From: Takakia lepidozioides
Taxonomy: Eukaryota; Plantae; Bryophyta
Reading direction: 5' to 3'
DNA: 64,000 bases
NCBI GenBank assembly: GCA_030704615.1
Contig: CM060732.1
Coordinates: 310,001-374,000 of the forward strand
Part shown: piece after piece, positions 13,561 through 26,869 of the stretch
Layout: every line of letters begins with the position of its first letter
How positions within the stretch are numbered: the first letter of the stretch is position 1
The notes under the pieces: model-generated
Told to the model about the DNA's origin: nothing
Database searches by the model: none
What the model saw: only the letters and a program-made list of their open reading frames with translations
Program-made: the position numbers and the translations under genes

Positions 13561-15499
13561 CACTAGTATGTGGCTCATCAATAACAACACGATTAATCAA
13601 ACATATATATATGCAATATAAAGCAAAGTATAAGCAGCGACAAGGGTAAGTACAATTACTGTTACTTCATCCATGGAAATGACAAAACAACCTTGACTAC
13701 TTACTCACCTCCCGACTGACGCACCATTTATATGACGAGCACTGGACGCGCGTGGTCAGGGTGACGACATACTAGTCTAGTCGGGGTCGAGGTGTGTAGC
13801 GGAATGGGTTGGGCTCAAGAACCGCCCACCTGACTGTGGTTAGTGCAGGGGTTCCGTGATAATGCTAGTGGCGGCTACCAATCTAAATCTAATTCTACCG
13901 ACAAAGAAAAATACAAGTTCTCATTCACAGGGCAATATTGCGTTCCTAAGTCCTACGGTTTATTTATGTGGGTTTTCTTCTTTTAATCAAGTCCTTGCCT
14001 TCCAAGTCTTAGTTTTATTGCTAGATCTTACTGCCTGAACCCCCGAACCGCTAATAGCCGGGACCTAATTTGTTGTCCCTTCACAAAGCACTTATCGGGT
14101 TTAGGAAGGGAGAGAGGAACACCTCCTCCCACTGCCCCTCCAATCCTTGGGTGGTTGAGTTCAATCCACTTCCCAGAAAGGGCAAAACCTCCTTTTGATC
14201 CCCCTCAATTCCGGGTGCCAAAAGGGGTCTCTTATATTTACGCAACCATAGGGTAATTTATCCCAATTTATAAATCCAGAAATACCCAAAATTAATGAGA
14301 AAAATAAGAAAATCTAAAGAAATACCTACTCCCTAGATTCCAATGATACCAAAATTACCTCTAGGGCAGGCCGGGTACTGTGTGGGAACAGCCGTGAACG
14401 CGGGGAACCACGGGGGACCGTTCCCCACTGGCAGGGAGCGCCGCCAGTCAGCTGACGGACGGAACACTTGCCATGGATGAAATCCACCTATTCATCCAAT
14501 GAATGTTAGTGTGCTCTAGGCATAAACGTGGCTCCAACCGACCACCTGTCCTTCCTGCGCCCCCTCAGGGCCGGGTCTTAAGGGTAGAGGGGGTCCTATT
14601 GCACCTAGAATGCGTCATCCTCTACCTCTCCCTCTTGGCACTGTTTAATACTGTAGCCTAAAATCTCGCTAGTGTAGTTTTGATTCACTTTTGTCTCCTG
14701 GCTGTCTCAACATGGATCTCATGAGAGTCCGAGCTCCTAGCGACGAGACCGGATGGGGCTACCTCCTACCCAAATATGAAAATTTATCCATTCTCCTACC
14801 CATACATGTGAGCAAAATTACCCCAAAATGGGTTATATCAAAAACAATTAGTTCAAGGTCAAGAAAACACCCCCCTTTTGAGCCTTCAGGCTAGTGACCG
14901 CTGGTCAGTGGCGGCGGGGCGCAGGCCATCGCGGAGCGGTCCGTCGGTCGGTTCAGCGGTCCGAGCCAATATCCAGCGGTCCGCCCGCCGGGGTTTTCTC
15001 GGAAGGACGTGAGGAATTTCCCTAATTTGATGGAGCCCTTGTGGGAGCCTGCGATAAAGCTGGACCTTACAATCCTGAGTCAACGCGGGGGTCCTTGCAG
15101 CGCCGAGGCGCGCGGACCCCGCTACCTGGCTATACTCTTTGTTGCTTGGGTGGCTATGGCCAAGCCCCACCACTGATGGCGGGCTGCTATGGCGTGGGCA
15201 GACCCTGAAAAATGCGAAATAAACAAAAAAAAGAAACAAAACCCTCCCCACCAAGGTCCCTTGCCTTGGTTGATCCTTAGCTTGGCCCTTGGCCTTCAAC
15301 TCTTAATCACCCTGGCTGTTGGTCAGCCTCTTCAGAGCTCTTCTCGCTCCAGTTAAGCATATACTTGAACAAATAAACACCAAATACTGACTATAATGGA
15401 ATAACTTGTGGATGCTGGTTAATAAACTTGTCGGTGGCTTTCTGCGGCTACACTCTCTTGAATGACATCAATCCTCGTCAACAATCAAACTAATTTCGA

Positions 15500-15766
15500 T
15501 CATTCATCTAGACACTTTTCATCCATCATTCACCTAACATTCTTTTTTTTCATTCATCCTTGAAGTTTCTCATCACACATTCATCCAACATTGCATCCTA
15601 TGGACCACGCTACTTTTCTCCCCGGCCGCGTGCAAGTTTGTATAAACGGCAATAGGCCCTGTACTTTCCGCGGTTATAGGCCCCGCTTCCCTAATCTGCT
15701 TAGGCTTAGAATGTGCTCAACTTACGGAATGTGCTCACGTGAGCATCTCACGCGCTAGCTTCTCTC
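15500..15766. mobile_element. Right terminus of the same MULE family as 3741-5334
   Basis: CAATAGG.CCTG..TTTCC.CGG.TATAGG..CCGCTTCCCT ... GCTCACG ... CGCTAGCTTCTCTC is homologous to 5000-5334. No partner end was found. Confidence 0.65.
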
Positions 15767-17002
15767 GTGAACGTACCCACTGTTTTGAACCACCTGCGAC
15801 ATGTCATGTCTTTTACCATCAGGGTGTCAAAATCCACTGGTGCTTCATCATTCTAGAGCTGGAGTGGTTAAATATCTTTTACCACTCAATATGGGTGGTT
15901 AATACAGTGGTTATACAGCGTTTCCTTTCTAGTGGCATGACGGGGTGTGTACATTGGCTGAGTAAATGAGGCCAAGTACCCTGGGCTAGGGGATTTAATG
16001 TGCAAAGCTGGTCGTAAGGAGAGGGCTCTATAGAGGTTATGCCATAAAATTTTGTTTGCATTGATTGTCCATATATCGGAGGCGGACCAAGCCAGTAGAC
16101 CAACCATTGACAAACGGTTGTACTTTCTCTAATAGAGCTAAGCTTTCCCTGAAGTAAAGTGACTCTTAGTTATGTCTGCTTTGGTTTTTTTTTTCTCTCT
16201 CTCTCTCTCTACCTCTCCCTCCAAATTCTGGGGATTTTTTGATCAAATCAAAAAATATATATGGAGAACAGACAACCTACTTTTAGGCTTTGTAGCTCCT
16301 GTCATAGCTGCAGCTCCAGTCCTCAACATACAAGCTGCAAAACAAACAGAACTGCCCAACATTAGCCACAGAAAAGAAAATGGATGATGAAGGACATGTC
16401 AGTGCCTCCTAGAAATAAAGTAAACTACCAAAAACAAGAGCAATAGACCACCCTAATATGCCCTCTTCCATGCTAATATCAACATGAACATGCAAACCAG
16501 TGTGTTCATGCAAAGACAAAAATAAATCACGTTGTTAGATGTGTCAGACGAGCTCATCCCCTCGTCATGCACAGTCCCGATATCTCTACAGGGGAATGCC
16601 ACATCAACCAATTCAGTGTCCCTGAATTCCGCATCAGGTCCGAGCCCTAGCATTTCATTTATGGTGCAAGGCATGGCATCTTCCAGATTTATAATCTTTA
16701 GCAATGATGTTAAAACACCAAAGCCACCAAAAAACGATACAAGGTAACTTCCACATGCTGCCACGATGTCCCAAGTGGATTCAATAACAGTGCCATACAC
16801 ACATTCAGGCACATTAGAGGTTGACGACATTTGTTCCATGTGCAAATCCTTCACCCAAACTGTCACTGTGGATCCCATGACCCCCAAATCATCCATACTT
16901 TGGCTGTGACCAGCCACATCCCTTGTGACTACGACACGTCAAGTTCAGTACTGTCAAAATCCCCCAAGTCTCTCAAATCAATGCAGGTGGCATGTTGCTT
17001 AC

Positions 17003-17382
17003 CTTGCAAGCTTGCTAGACTCTTCAGCCTTATTGGCACTAGTGCAACTAGGTTGAAAGTCATGCCACACAGAAAACCGAAGCAGATCGTTGATCTCAGT
17101 GGAAAAGCCAGTGGGATCTCCCTCCTCCTTCCTAGTTTCAACCCACCCTAGGATCTCGGCAGCATGTTGACGCCAGAGATAGCGAAAATTAGAGGGCGCG
17201 TGGAAAGAGGGCCATCTCACCCGAGCAGGACGCTTCAAGCACAAGTAGTCCTCGTTCGAGCACCCCTGTAACTTAGCAATCTGATCCTGGCTTGCACCAA
17301 GCCCTGCTGCCCATGCCGCAATGGCAGCTGCCTCCACAAGCAAATGACTAGGTGCAGGGGGAGGAGCACCATCGCTCCCCAT
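17003..17382 (-). CDS. Possible first exon of an unknown gene
   Basis: ATG at 17382 (MGSDGAPPP..), open to a good donor AAG|GTAAGC near 17002. No family recognised. Confidence 0.25.
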
Positions 17383-18979
17383 TTCACGATTATAACACAA
17401 CGATCGTCTGACACTGCGCCGGCAAGAAATGAAGAGCATACCTACTGCCCTCTCCCTCTCACTCCTATCTCCACAGACATATGGCAAAGCGCCTTCAATG
17501 CCAGTGTGAGAAGCAAAAGAAGACAGCAGGAAGAAAGCATGAGAGACTGAGGATACAGGTGTCACGACAACGGGAACATGCAAACAGCACCACCTGCACC
17601 AGCTGCTTACCACGCACCGTAAAAGCGCGCGAGAGACGATGACAGGCTACAGGGAACGCGAAACTCAGGCGCCAAATCGACAACACGCAAGCAAAATCGT
17701 CTCTCTAGCTTCACAAAAACACCATGGCGCTCTCGCGGGGCGGCTGCACCTCACCCCCAGCTGCTCAAGCCCTCCCAAAACCCTAATGCACATCAGGCAC
17801 AATCGGGCAATGCATACTGGTGTGCCAAGTGCCCAGGCACACCATAATTGTTTTTTGAAATTCCATTCAGAAAAAAAATTATTCCCTAAATTCTAAATGG
17901 GAAAGCCCAAAACGGGCTTGGTGGGCGTTTAGGGGCTTGCCAAAACCTCAAGCCCCTGGTCCTCATCATGTGTACCTACTTTGTGTGGAGAAAGGGAGGA
18001 TTGGACTCAATTATTATGGGAATGCAATCATCTCAGTTGCTACTGAAACCCTGCTGCAACATGAACTTTGCACTTACAGACAATTCCCAGTAGTATCACT
18101 CAGATCAACAGCTACCATTTCCTGTAATTCACCATGCAGATGAGCCGAAGGCTCTGTCACCAGAGCAACATTCTGGTTCGCATGATATAGCTGCAAGACA
18201 ATGGACAGGTCAGCACAGAAAAGGGAAGTGAGGGGCTGGTTTGGTGAAAAGAGAAGAGGGAGAGGTGTTAAAAAGAGGTTGTCAAGTTGTAGTTTCACTT
18301 TCGCACATGAACTCAATGGTCAAATCTGACAAGTAAATCCTACAAGAGAATCTTCCAGGTGAGTGATGAACTGGTTGTGGCGCAAATGTCAAGCCCAGAG
18401 GTCAGGAAGCATATACTCTGATGCTTAGGATCCGGTCGAACAAGTTTGGTTCGTACAAGGGCATCCCTGATGTTAGGCTAGTCCGGCAGTGGCAGAGTGA
18501 TCATTTCTTCCTACATGGAAGCAAAGTCCCTGCCTGAAGGCGTGTTTTATTAGATGCAAATCATCAATTATTGTCTGTATAGTTCCAAGGGAAATAGACA
18601 GATCAATGTTGAAAAATAAAACTGTTTTTGGCGACTCCGTGTTCACAATCCACATACTATCAATGTAAAGCACCACTGGAAGTACAGCACCTACTGGGGA
18701 CTACGCCATTTGCATCAAATCAAACACCATTAATAATGCTGGTTTACCAATCATCCCAATCTGTTCCCTGAAGTAGAGGACATTGATAATCATAAACCGC
18801 AACGTAGTCTCTTCACACTCACTCTCTTCAGGATCAGAAAGGTACGTTCCACAAGAGAGCTGCATGGTGCTGCCCTGTGCATCGACCAGTGAGCGATATT
18901 CATAAAAAATGTACAGGCTTTTGACAGTAGCCCTTGACTCACCACATGAAGAATCACTTATGCCTTCTCTTTCACAAAA

Positions 18980-20026
18980 TCAGACACTTTGCTTAGCCCG
19001 CTTCTTGGCTTCACTGTAAAGAATTACTCCTAGAATTGTAACGGCAAAACCAGACATCCCTGTGACTGTCACAGGGTTCTTAAAAATCAGAACAGAGAGT
19101 ACCACTGCAATAGCTGCTTTGGCATTGCCAAGGACTTGAAGGGTCAGCGGGCTGGTATGCTTTGTTACAAGAAAGTTTGTCAGATTTACTAAGTATGCCA
19201 TGGTCATATTTCCAAAGAGAAGAAGAAACATGAAAGGATTCTCTTTGCCTTGAGACGCTGTTAGTGCACAAATGTTGCCCTCAACCAGCAATGTTGCTGG
19301 AAGCAGCATCAGAACTGCAATGGGAGCCATGTACATCAATAGATTCATCGAGTGCAGTTTCTCCGAATCTGAGGTCAATAACAGACTCTGTACTACAGAC
19401 TTGAGGGCACGCGCAGACGTTGACCCCAAACACACCAAAAACCCAAACATATGGAATGACGGCTCACTGTTGCTTGCGATGACAATTCCAAGTACCACCG
19501 GGCACAGGGCGTAGTATACCACTGCAGCCTCCCACTTGAATGTGATTAATATTGCGAAGATAGCTGTAAAAAAAGGAGTGGTGGCACCAACTGCCTGGTT
19601 GAAGGAGACTGGCAAATAGCGGAGTGACACATTTCCCCCCACGACAGAAAAGGAGAATATACAGCTCAATGCTACAATCTTCAGAAACTGCTTTCTGGAT
19701 CCTATGAACTGCATTGGCACAATTCCAAGCCAGGAAATTGCTATGGCACTGTATGTGGCACAAGCGCACATGTGAAGCATTGTGAGAAAGATGGGGTACT
19801 TGTAACCGTAGAAGCTGAGCAGATACTTGTTGAGCAGCAGCAAACCAATGTTGGATAAATACCAGGCCAATATGACACATGTTGTCTTCATAGTTGAGGA
19901 GACTGAATCAGAGAGCCCTTTGAATCCCTCTCCATGTGTTGTTGGGGTCAATGGAATGTCTACTACTTCTTCCAGCTTTGGATTGGCTCCTCGCCGCGAC
20001 CATCTCTGTGGCTGTGACTCGGCCAT
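18980..20026 (-). CDS. TPT-family nucleotide-sugar transporter (UUAT / At1g12500-like)
   Basis: Intact 348-aa ORF from MAESQ with hallmark motifs [71 protein letters not shown] and about 10 hydrophobic helices. Confidence 0.95.
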   Translation of the reverse strand: MAESQPQRWSRRGANPKLEEVVDIPLTPTTHGEGFKGLSDSVSSTMKTTCVILAWYLSNIGLLLLNKYLLSFYGYKYPIFLTMLHMCACATYSAIAISWLGIVPMQFIGSRKQFLKIVALSCIFSFSVVGGNVSLRYLPVSFNQAVGATTPFFTAIFAILITFKWEAAVVYYALCPVVLGIVIASNSEPSFHMFGFLVCLGSTSARALKSVVQSLLLTSDSEKLHSMNLLMYMAPIAVLMLLPATLLVEGNICALTASQGKENPFMFLLLFGNMTMAYLVNLTNFLVTKHTSPLTLQVLGNAKAAIAVVLSVLIFKNPVTVTGMSGFAVTILGVILYSEAKKRAKQSV

Positions 20027-22248
20027 TGCCCTTGAGCTCTTACTGTACGGCCGCTTCTCGTGGACTTCCGCTTGAGAGATTCTGTGAGATGGAGTGGCCA
20101 GCAGAGAGCAGAAAGCTATGGCTGAAATTTGTCTTTCACCTCTATACAACAGATCAAAGCGGAGAGAATTCTTGACCGGCCTGCTACATCCAGCTTCCCA
20201 CAAAAGTTTTAGTAAAGGTGAAATATTAAATAGGCGGATTCAGCATCCGGAGAGGGGAGGACTTTCCGCAACTAAGGAATTGAGGACATGTGTGTCTACT
20301 TATGAAACGGATAATCCAAATGAATTCCTGTGTAATCTTCTGCTAAAGTAACAGGCAAAGAAACTAGACGCAGCTCCGGGCATTAATGGTCGTCATGAAT
20401 TCCCGTAGTTCTTCCTCTGGAACCGTGTCACCGTTTCACAAGCAAACCACGTGCACGATTTCTCCTAATCGTCAGAATTCAATCCACAGGGGACAGTAAG
20501 AACATCTGACTTAGGAAGGATTTGAGAACGTAGCGAATCAGCCTCCTCTCTGTCATGCAGTCATCGAAGTAGCAAACCTATTGTGATTTTCTACCTCTCA
20601 AACGATACTTTCAGCACAAGAAAATATGACAAAACCTGTGTGCGCAGACGGTCTCTTACCTCAGAAATCCCAATTACTGATGCGCAAATACGTTACACCC
20701 TGGATCGTCAATACAAAATTCTCCAAAACTCAACAATCGAACCCCGCCAACCACCTGCCCCATCCTCAGGGCTCACAACCTCAGAACACTGCAACCAGTC
20801 TTTGCAGGTCACTCATCCCAACAGACCTCACAGAGCCTCTCTTGGACTCACACGCACACCACTCGGTTAGACAAGGGCTACCAAGCGATCCCGACAAGAC
20901 ACCAGAGAGTTCGAAGAACGGGCGGCTAGGGGATCGGCTCTCTCATCCCTCTTCCGCATTCCTTGCGCCGCCATCAAAATCTCTTGACAACCTACGCCAC
21001 TTTCATGACGCTGCAAACACTTGACAACCACGGCTCTAACCACGGCTCGCAGGCAAGTGGGCGCGTGCTGAGCGCTGCCAGACAGCAGCCAGCTGTGCCC
21101 CCTCTTACCCTCTCTCCCTCTCTCTCCCTCGCTCTCCTACTAGCAGACTGACACTGGGCCTCCATCCATCCGTGTGTCTTTTTTTGGTCCTGCACACTAA
21201 TAAGTCTTTCAGGGTTCATGTATGCCACACCGAGCGGTTGAAAGCTTTCCTTCTGGGGAGCCCATGTCCTCTTTTACTCTCAATCCCAGCAAAATCCAAC
21301 CATCTAACAAAACGCGGCCACATGTTGCACTGTCAGATGAAAGATTCAGTCTATCTCGCTAAGCCTGTGGCATGGCCTTTTTGCAAATTAGGACAAGGAC
21401 TGCAACATGAGGAGGGATGACACAGACATGAAGTGAATGTCGGTTCCTTGCCTTGTCACTGCATTATCGTAACCAGCGCAGGAACTAGCACAATTTTCAA
21501 ACAGAGGTGTTTCCCTCAGTTCTCATTATTGCTGTAGCAATGGTTGGAATGGTTAGTACACCTTGCAATTTAGCTTTATGATGGTGAATCTTAGTGCTTA
21601 ACTGAACAAAAACTACAGCTCTTTTTGGTCGTCCGGACATGGTGGCTATCGATGGAAGCAGACAGTCAAATTGTCACCTGACAGTCAACAATTCGGTTGT
21701 GATTATTCCCTCACAGATTGCACCTTTGAGTGTGGCAGCAAACTCACCTAACAAATTCCAGGCATGGACTGTATATAGCAGAAAACACAGAAGACCAGGC
21801 AGAAAAGTGGGTGAGGGACCTAAAACATCCATCTTACAGGCAAAAGCAACACCAAAGAAAAAGAGGAAGGTACCAGAACCAATAGTTACAGAACTCGGGC
21901 ATCATCTACTCTATCTTGTGAAGAGGAACCTGCTCTTGACCTATGTCAGACATTCCACACATGCAAGCTTGCACGGTGCCAGATTGAAATCATAAATGCC
22001 CTTTGATAATCAAGTTTACAAAATCATGAGGCCTTCCTGCAAGCTTACTATATAGCCAAATATCTATATGCATCAGGCCCTCCTCCACAGTATCTCTATA
22101 GCAACTGGTCTCTATAGCACATAGGCTTGGTGGGCAGTGATGGGATGGACAGTGCAGAGGTGACTAATAGAGGAGACTTGTGAGCACTTAACTTCGGGTC
22201 AACCTCCCACTTCAAGAACCATGGGGGCCAACAGGCAACTCAAAAATT

Positions 22249-23562
22249 CTACAGATCAAACTCATCGTCTTTCAGCGCCTCTTGCGCAGCTGCCTCCTCT
22301 TCATCATCATCAAGCACAAAGTAAGGATTATGCACAACTGGCCTGAACTTGTAGCCCGTGTAAATGTAGAAAGCAAGGGTCGCCATCTCTTCAGCAAATT
22401 TGCTGGTCCATTTGTAGCGGTAGACAGTAACCGTGAACAGCGCAAACACCACAATGCGCGTGAAATATATGTAGCTCACTACCACAATGTAGTACTGCCG
22501 GAACAAAGTCAGCTTGACCAGGTTTCTTGCTGCTTTTCCGTCAGTTCGCGATGCTTCTCTCAGATGCTTTATCGACCACACAATGGGAAATAGAACTGCA
22601 CAACAGCAGATGATATCCAGGAGAAGAAACACTTGATGCCAAGTCAAATAATCTTTCGTTGATGGGCCAGTCTCGTCATAAATAATGTAAGCTGTATTGG
22701 TAACTACCTGCAAAGGAATGACGACCATGAGCACCTTCTTTTCCTTACCCTGGAGGAATGGCTTCAAGAAGGACCAGCCTGTGCCAATCAAAATGATCAC
22801 GCTGAACAGCAACCCTCCCCGGAAAAAGTTGAAGATATAGTAGGCGATATCCCATCCATGCGGGGTTCCAGTTCTCTTCACATAAGACTTGTCCTCCGCT
22901 TCACAAATCATATTCAAGGCCTTGATTAAAATGAGCACACCCATGAGAATGTGGATACGATGGACGGAATGTCTCTGAGTCCAACAAGTATAGATCCAGA
23001 TGCCCAACAGTACCACATAAGCCAAGAAGAAGGTGAAGTAAAGCGACGGCAGCACTGTCAACCCAATCGGCAAATAATCGCGGTGATTGTTCTCCACGTT
23101 GAACATTGAAGTGATTACATCCATGTTGACTTCCGCGTCCGGCACGCAATTTGCAAAGATGAGGCTGTATTCATCAGACCCCTGGACTGTGGTATTCTTC
23201 CCGAAAGTGACAGTAGGCTCAGTCTGCTCAGCTCCGGCAACTTCGTTCAACTTGAAAATGGTATGAATCGCTGGACTCTCTAGAAGACACACATGCGCTT
23301 CCTGGCTATTTGCCACTGGCAGCAGGTCTCCTAAAGTAGAAAGAAAGAACCCCATCTTAGATAGATCGGCATCTGGAGTTACCTTCATATCCAAGATCTT
23401 GATATTGACTCTTCCCCCCTGCGCAAATCCAAACGTCTCGAACAATATCAAGGGGCGCTTGTCATCCTTAATGTTTAGGTGCTTGATTTCCGCAAAACAA
23501 GACGTCAAATAAGAGAGTAAAACCAGCGCTATTAGCGTCCTCAGCGCGGCCGCCATCCCCAT
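22249..23562 (-). CDS. GPR107/GPR108-like lung-7TM receptor family protein (plant CAND6/CAND7-like)
   Basis: Signal peptide, FETFGF, YSLIFANC, seven TM segments, IGTGWSFLKPFLQ, LLDIICCCAVLFPIVWSIKHLR, GYKFRP..NPYF and an acidic tail. First ATG at 23562. Confidence 0.95.
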   Translation of the reverse strand: MGMAAALRTLIALVLLSYLTSCFAEIKHLNIKDDKRPLILFETFGFAQGGRVNIKILDMKVTPDADLSKMGFFLSTLGDLLPVANSQEAHVCLLESPAIHTIFKLNEVAGAEQTEPTVTFGKNTTVQGSDEYSLIFANCVPDAEVNMDVITSMFNVENNHRDYLPIGLTVLPSLYFTFFLAYVVLLGIWIYTCWTQRHSVHRIHILMGVLILIKALNMICEAEDKSYVKRTGTPHGWDIAYYIFNFFRGGLLFSVIILIGTGWSFLKPFLQGKEKKVLMVVIPLQVVTNTAYIIYDETGPSTKDYLTWHQVFLLLDIICCCAVLFPIVWSIKHLREASRTDGKAARNLVKLTLFRQYYIVVVSYIYFTRIVVFALFTVTVYRYKWTSKFAEEMATLAFYIYTGYKFRPVVHNPYFVLDDDEEEAAAQEALKDDEFDL

Positions 23563-24363
23563 CGTGCGACCCAGGCCGGCACTGTCCACTACTGGCTATC
23601 GCCGTAACAAAGGTCGTCGCCTAGGGTTCACAGAGCAAGATCCAGATCCATCTAGCTCGCCCCTTCAATCTCCCTTCACCTCCGTACAAGAATCTTTTCA
23701 ATAGCCTCGTAAGAAACTAACCTGCTCTCTCCACACTCTGCTCTCTCGCTAGATTTGTGAGCACACAACACGCAGGCGCGCAACGCTGAGGGGAAGCAAG
23801 GCTCTGCCTCGCTTGTCCACCATAGCCGCCCCGACCGACCTCACCTCTCTTATATCTCTCTCTCTCTCTCTCTTTCTTCCTTTCTTTGCACTACCGGCCT
23901 ACCCCGGTTACCTCACTCAAAGCCCAAGTTTCATCCGGTCACCAACCGGCAATCACCGGTCGTCCTAGCCCGAGTAAAAGTGTGACCTGCCCCCCAACTA
24001 TTATTTATCTATATTTATGCTGTGAGTTTAGGCCTGGGGAGCGTCGCCTGGCCGGCAGAACAATATTTCCCGACCCCAATATAATCCTCTTTCATTTAGA
24101 AGGTGTGGAAGAAGAAAGTAATCAGACATCAGCCAGTCTTGACTTTAAAGGCAAAGGTGACGCCAATATAATCCTCTCACGCCTCCATCAATATATGAAG
24201 CGAGGCGTTTGTTTTGTTCTGTAGCGTCGTTGAGATCTCCCAAACCGCAAGGCCAGCCCCAGTGCTTGGTGTCATTGGAAAGCCCTCGATGATGAGGAGG
24301 GGTGCACCGGCTTGGTCTCATGATTTTTGGACCCGCGATGTGGGAGATCTGGAATTTCAAGTA

Positions 24364-24992
24364 TTTCTTTTGTTTTTTTTTTTTTAAAGAACAGGGACAG
24401 AGGCCCTGAAAAGTTTATTAATAGATAAAGGGACCTCGTCTTAGAACAACAAAGGAAAAAATAACCTCTATGGGGTGCCGTGAAGGCTGATCACTGAAGG
24501 CTATGCTTCGTGACACTAGGAGGGGGAATATAGAGAAATAGCAGATGCTAAAGGAGGGTAAGAAGAGGGGTATACCAAACAAGACAAAGGCTAGCAACCC
24601 AAAAAAACCGGGAACACTGCAAATTAACAGGCAGCCATCCTGAAAGCTCCCATTAAAATCAACTTGCAACTCTGAATGAGAGGCAAAAGAGATGCAGGGA
24701 ATACCAAGGCAAAGAAAGCGAACTATGAGGAAAGAACCTGAACTACCAACGAAGGAACCAAGGGGCCTGCACAAGAACAAACCAAAGGGCACATAATCTG
24801 CAAAAGCCCATTCAGCAACTACATAGAGAAATTATCAAAGGAAAGGTGGATCTTAGATTTGCCCTTCCTACACGACTGGCGGTGCCTCCAATTAACCTCT
24901 AGCTCCTCACCCCCCAGAGGAGAGTGCTTAGTGCCGAGTGAACTTCCAACTTGCTGGGATGACATCGTTCCACCAAATTGAAGAGGCAGCTT
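24364..24992 (-). mobile_element. 3' end of an L1-like LINE (ORF2 tail, 3'UTR, poly(A))
   Basis: Minus strand AATAAA followed by an A-tract at ~24385-24364. The frame ..AASSIWWND.. continues the zf-RVT fragment ending at 59536. Confidence 0.75.
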
Positions 24993-26869
24993 TGTCAAGT
25001 TATTTTACCACTAGTGTGAAACTAGCTAGGAAATAGCTAGCTTTTACATATTGACATTTGGGATTGGCCCAAGTGTCAATCCAGGGGTCAAGGCAGATTT
25101 AGGCCCTGGAGTGGTTATCTTCACGGCAAGCGCGGGAGGCTCATCTTTCTCGAGTTGAGCCTCACCGCGCCTAGCTATGGCGCCGTAGTGTGGATTCCCC
25201 ATGGCGTGGGGTGCACTTGGCTTGACTTATATTTGAGTGATGAGGTTATATATGCATGAGTTTATGCTTCAGATTTGTGAGCTCATGCTTGTATTCTTCT
25301 TCTTTATCACTCGAGAAAGATCAGCTCGAGTCTGTGAGTGTCAGGTTCGAGTTGTTTTGTAGCACTTGTGTTTTCATGAGAAGCGGTTCAGCCTAGAGTG
25401 CAGGGATCCGTGCATGAGCCTATCCAAAGTGGATAGAGTGCAAAGGCGAACAGGTTGCAGGTTTGCAATGGATAGAGAGGCGGGTAGCCTATGTTGAAGA
25501 GCGGCGTTGCATAGCTCAACGCTATGGCAACCAAGTTTGGGCTTCTAGTGTGAAGCGGGGGAGATGCTGGTCTCGAGTGGATGAACTGGTGGTCGTCTTC
25601 TTCAGCTGCAAGCCAAGTTAAGGAGCTGCAACAATGTGGAGCTGCGAGGGTGTTAGATGTAAGTCACAGTTATCGGGAGCTCCAACTTCAAGCTCATAAG
25701 GAGGTATGAATGAAGAGAGATGGCTGATTTCTCTTGTATGTAAGCCAATGCATTTGTGGCTATGTTGAGTTGGGGGTTTCAATCTGAAACTCCAGCGGTA
25801 TGAGGCCTCTTGCCATGGCAAGAGCGGGGCTGGAACAGGAGCTAAGAGGTGCGGCAAGGCCATGGAATGTGCACCTAGGGTTTCAGAGCTTGGAAGAAAA
25901 GTTCTTGCACCACAAGAGGAGTGTCTTGTGGCTGGAAATGTAAGCCTTAGGGTTTCATGAGCTTGGCAAGGGCTGTGGAGTGCTTAGTCTTGTCTTAGAG
26001 AGCATCAAGGAGCCAAGGAGCCAAGATAAGGGGCTAATATCTCTTGTGTGAAGAGGTTGCATGTGTGGAGCATGTATTCAGCTCATTGAAGCTTCCATCT
26101 TCAAGCTTGGAAGGCAAGCAAGGAAGAGGGAAGGGCTGACTTCCCTTATGTGAGGGCAATGCATGTGTGGAGCATGCTATCAGCCTGGTGAAGGCTTGCA
26201 CTTTCAGGTGTGGGAGTGCAAGAAAGGAAGGAAGGGGCTGGTTTCCCTGTAGGGCATGTGGAGCATGCTTTCAGCCTGCTGAAGCTTGTATTTTCAGGTT
26301 TGTGGGTGCAAGAAATGAAGCAAAGGAGCTGATTTTCTTATGGTGAGAGTGGGGCATGTGTGGAGCATGCCTTCAGCCCATTGAGGCTCTTGTTTTCAAG
26401 CCTTAGAGATCTAGAATGGAAGGTCTAGGGCTGGTTTCCACTTGGAGTGAAAGAAAAGCACTTGTGAGTTGGGGTTTCAACTTCAAGCTTGAAGGGAGCG
26501 CAACTCTTGAAGCAGCAGGTGTAGGGGGCTGGAATAGGCTCTAAGACAGATGCTATGGCCAAGGAGAGTGCTTGAATGAGTGCTCACAAGGGCTGGGAAC
26601 CAGCTGGGCTTGGTTGTTTGCCATTGAGTTTAGTGGCGTGTTTGGGGAGGCTAAGTGAGAAAGAAGGCTTGGTTTGTGGCAACCACCTCATGGCTTAGGG
26701 CTACTATGGTGGTGTGTGGGAGCCGAAAGAGCAAGAATACCTTGTTGATTTCCTCACAGCCGCCATAGCTTGGTGGAAAGAAGCCTAGAGTCCAAGAGAC
26801 ACAAACCCTAGCTTGGCGTGGCTAAACCCCTTGGAGAAATGGCTAAACTGCCAGAGCGGCCATGGATGG

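Noticed and set aside
17937-18340. BAHD acyltransferase relic (NYYGNAI)
   Set aside because: One short motif only, with no HxxxD or DFGWG seen.
20027-20203. N-terminal extension of the transporter in the ORF track (likewise 23563-23589 for the 7TM gene)
   Set aside because: Relies on non-ATG starts. The first in-frame ATGs give family-typical lengths.
25178-25200. TGGCGCCGTAG as a tRNA-Asp primer-binding site
   Set aside because: Only about 9 nt match, it is not preceded by an LTR-terminal CA, and it is also present within the 3' terminal block.
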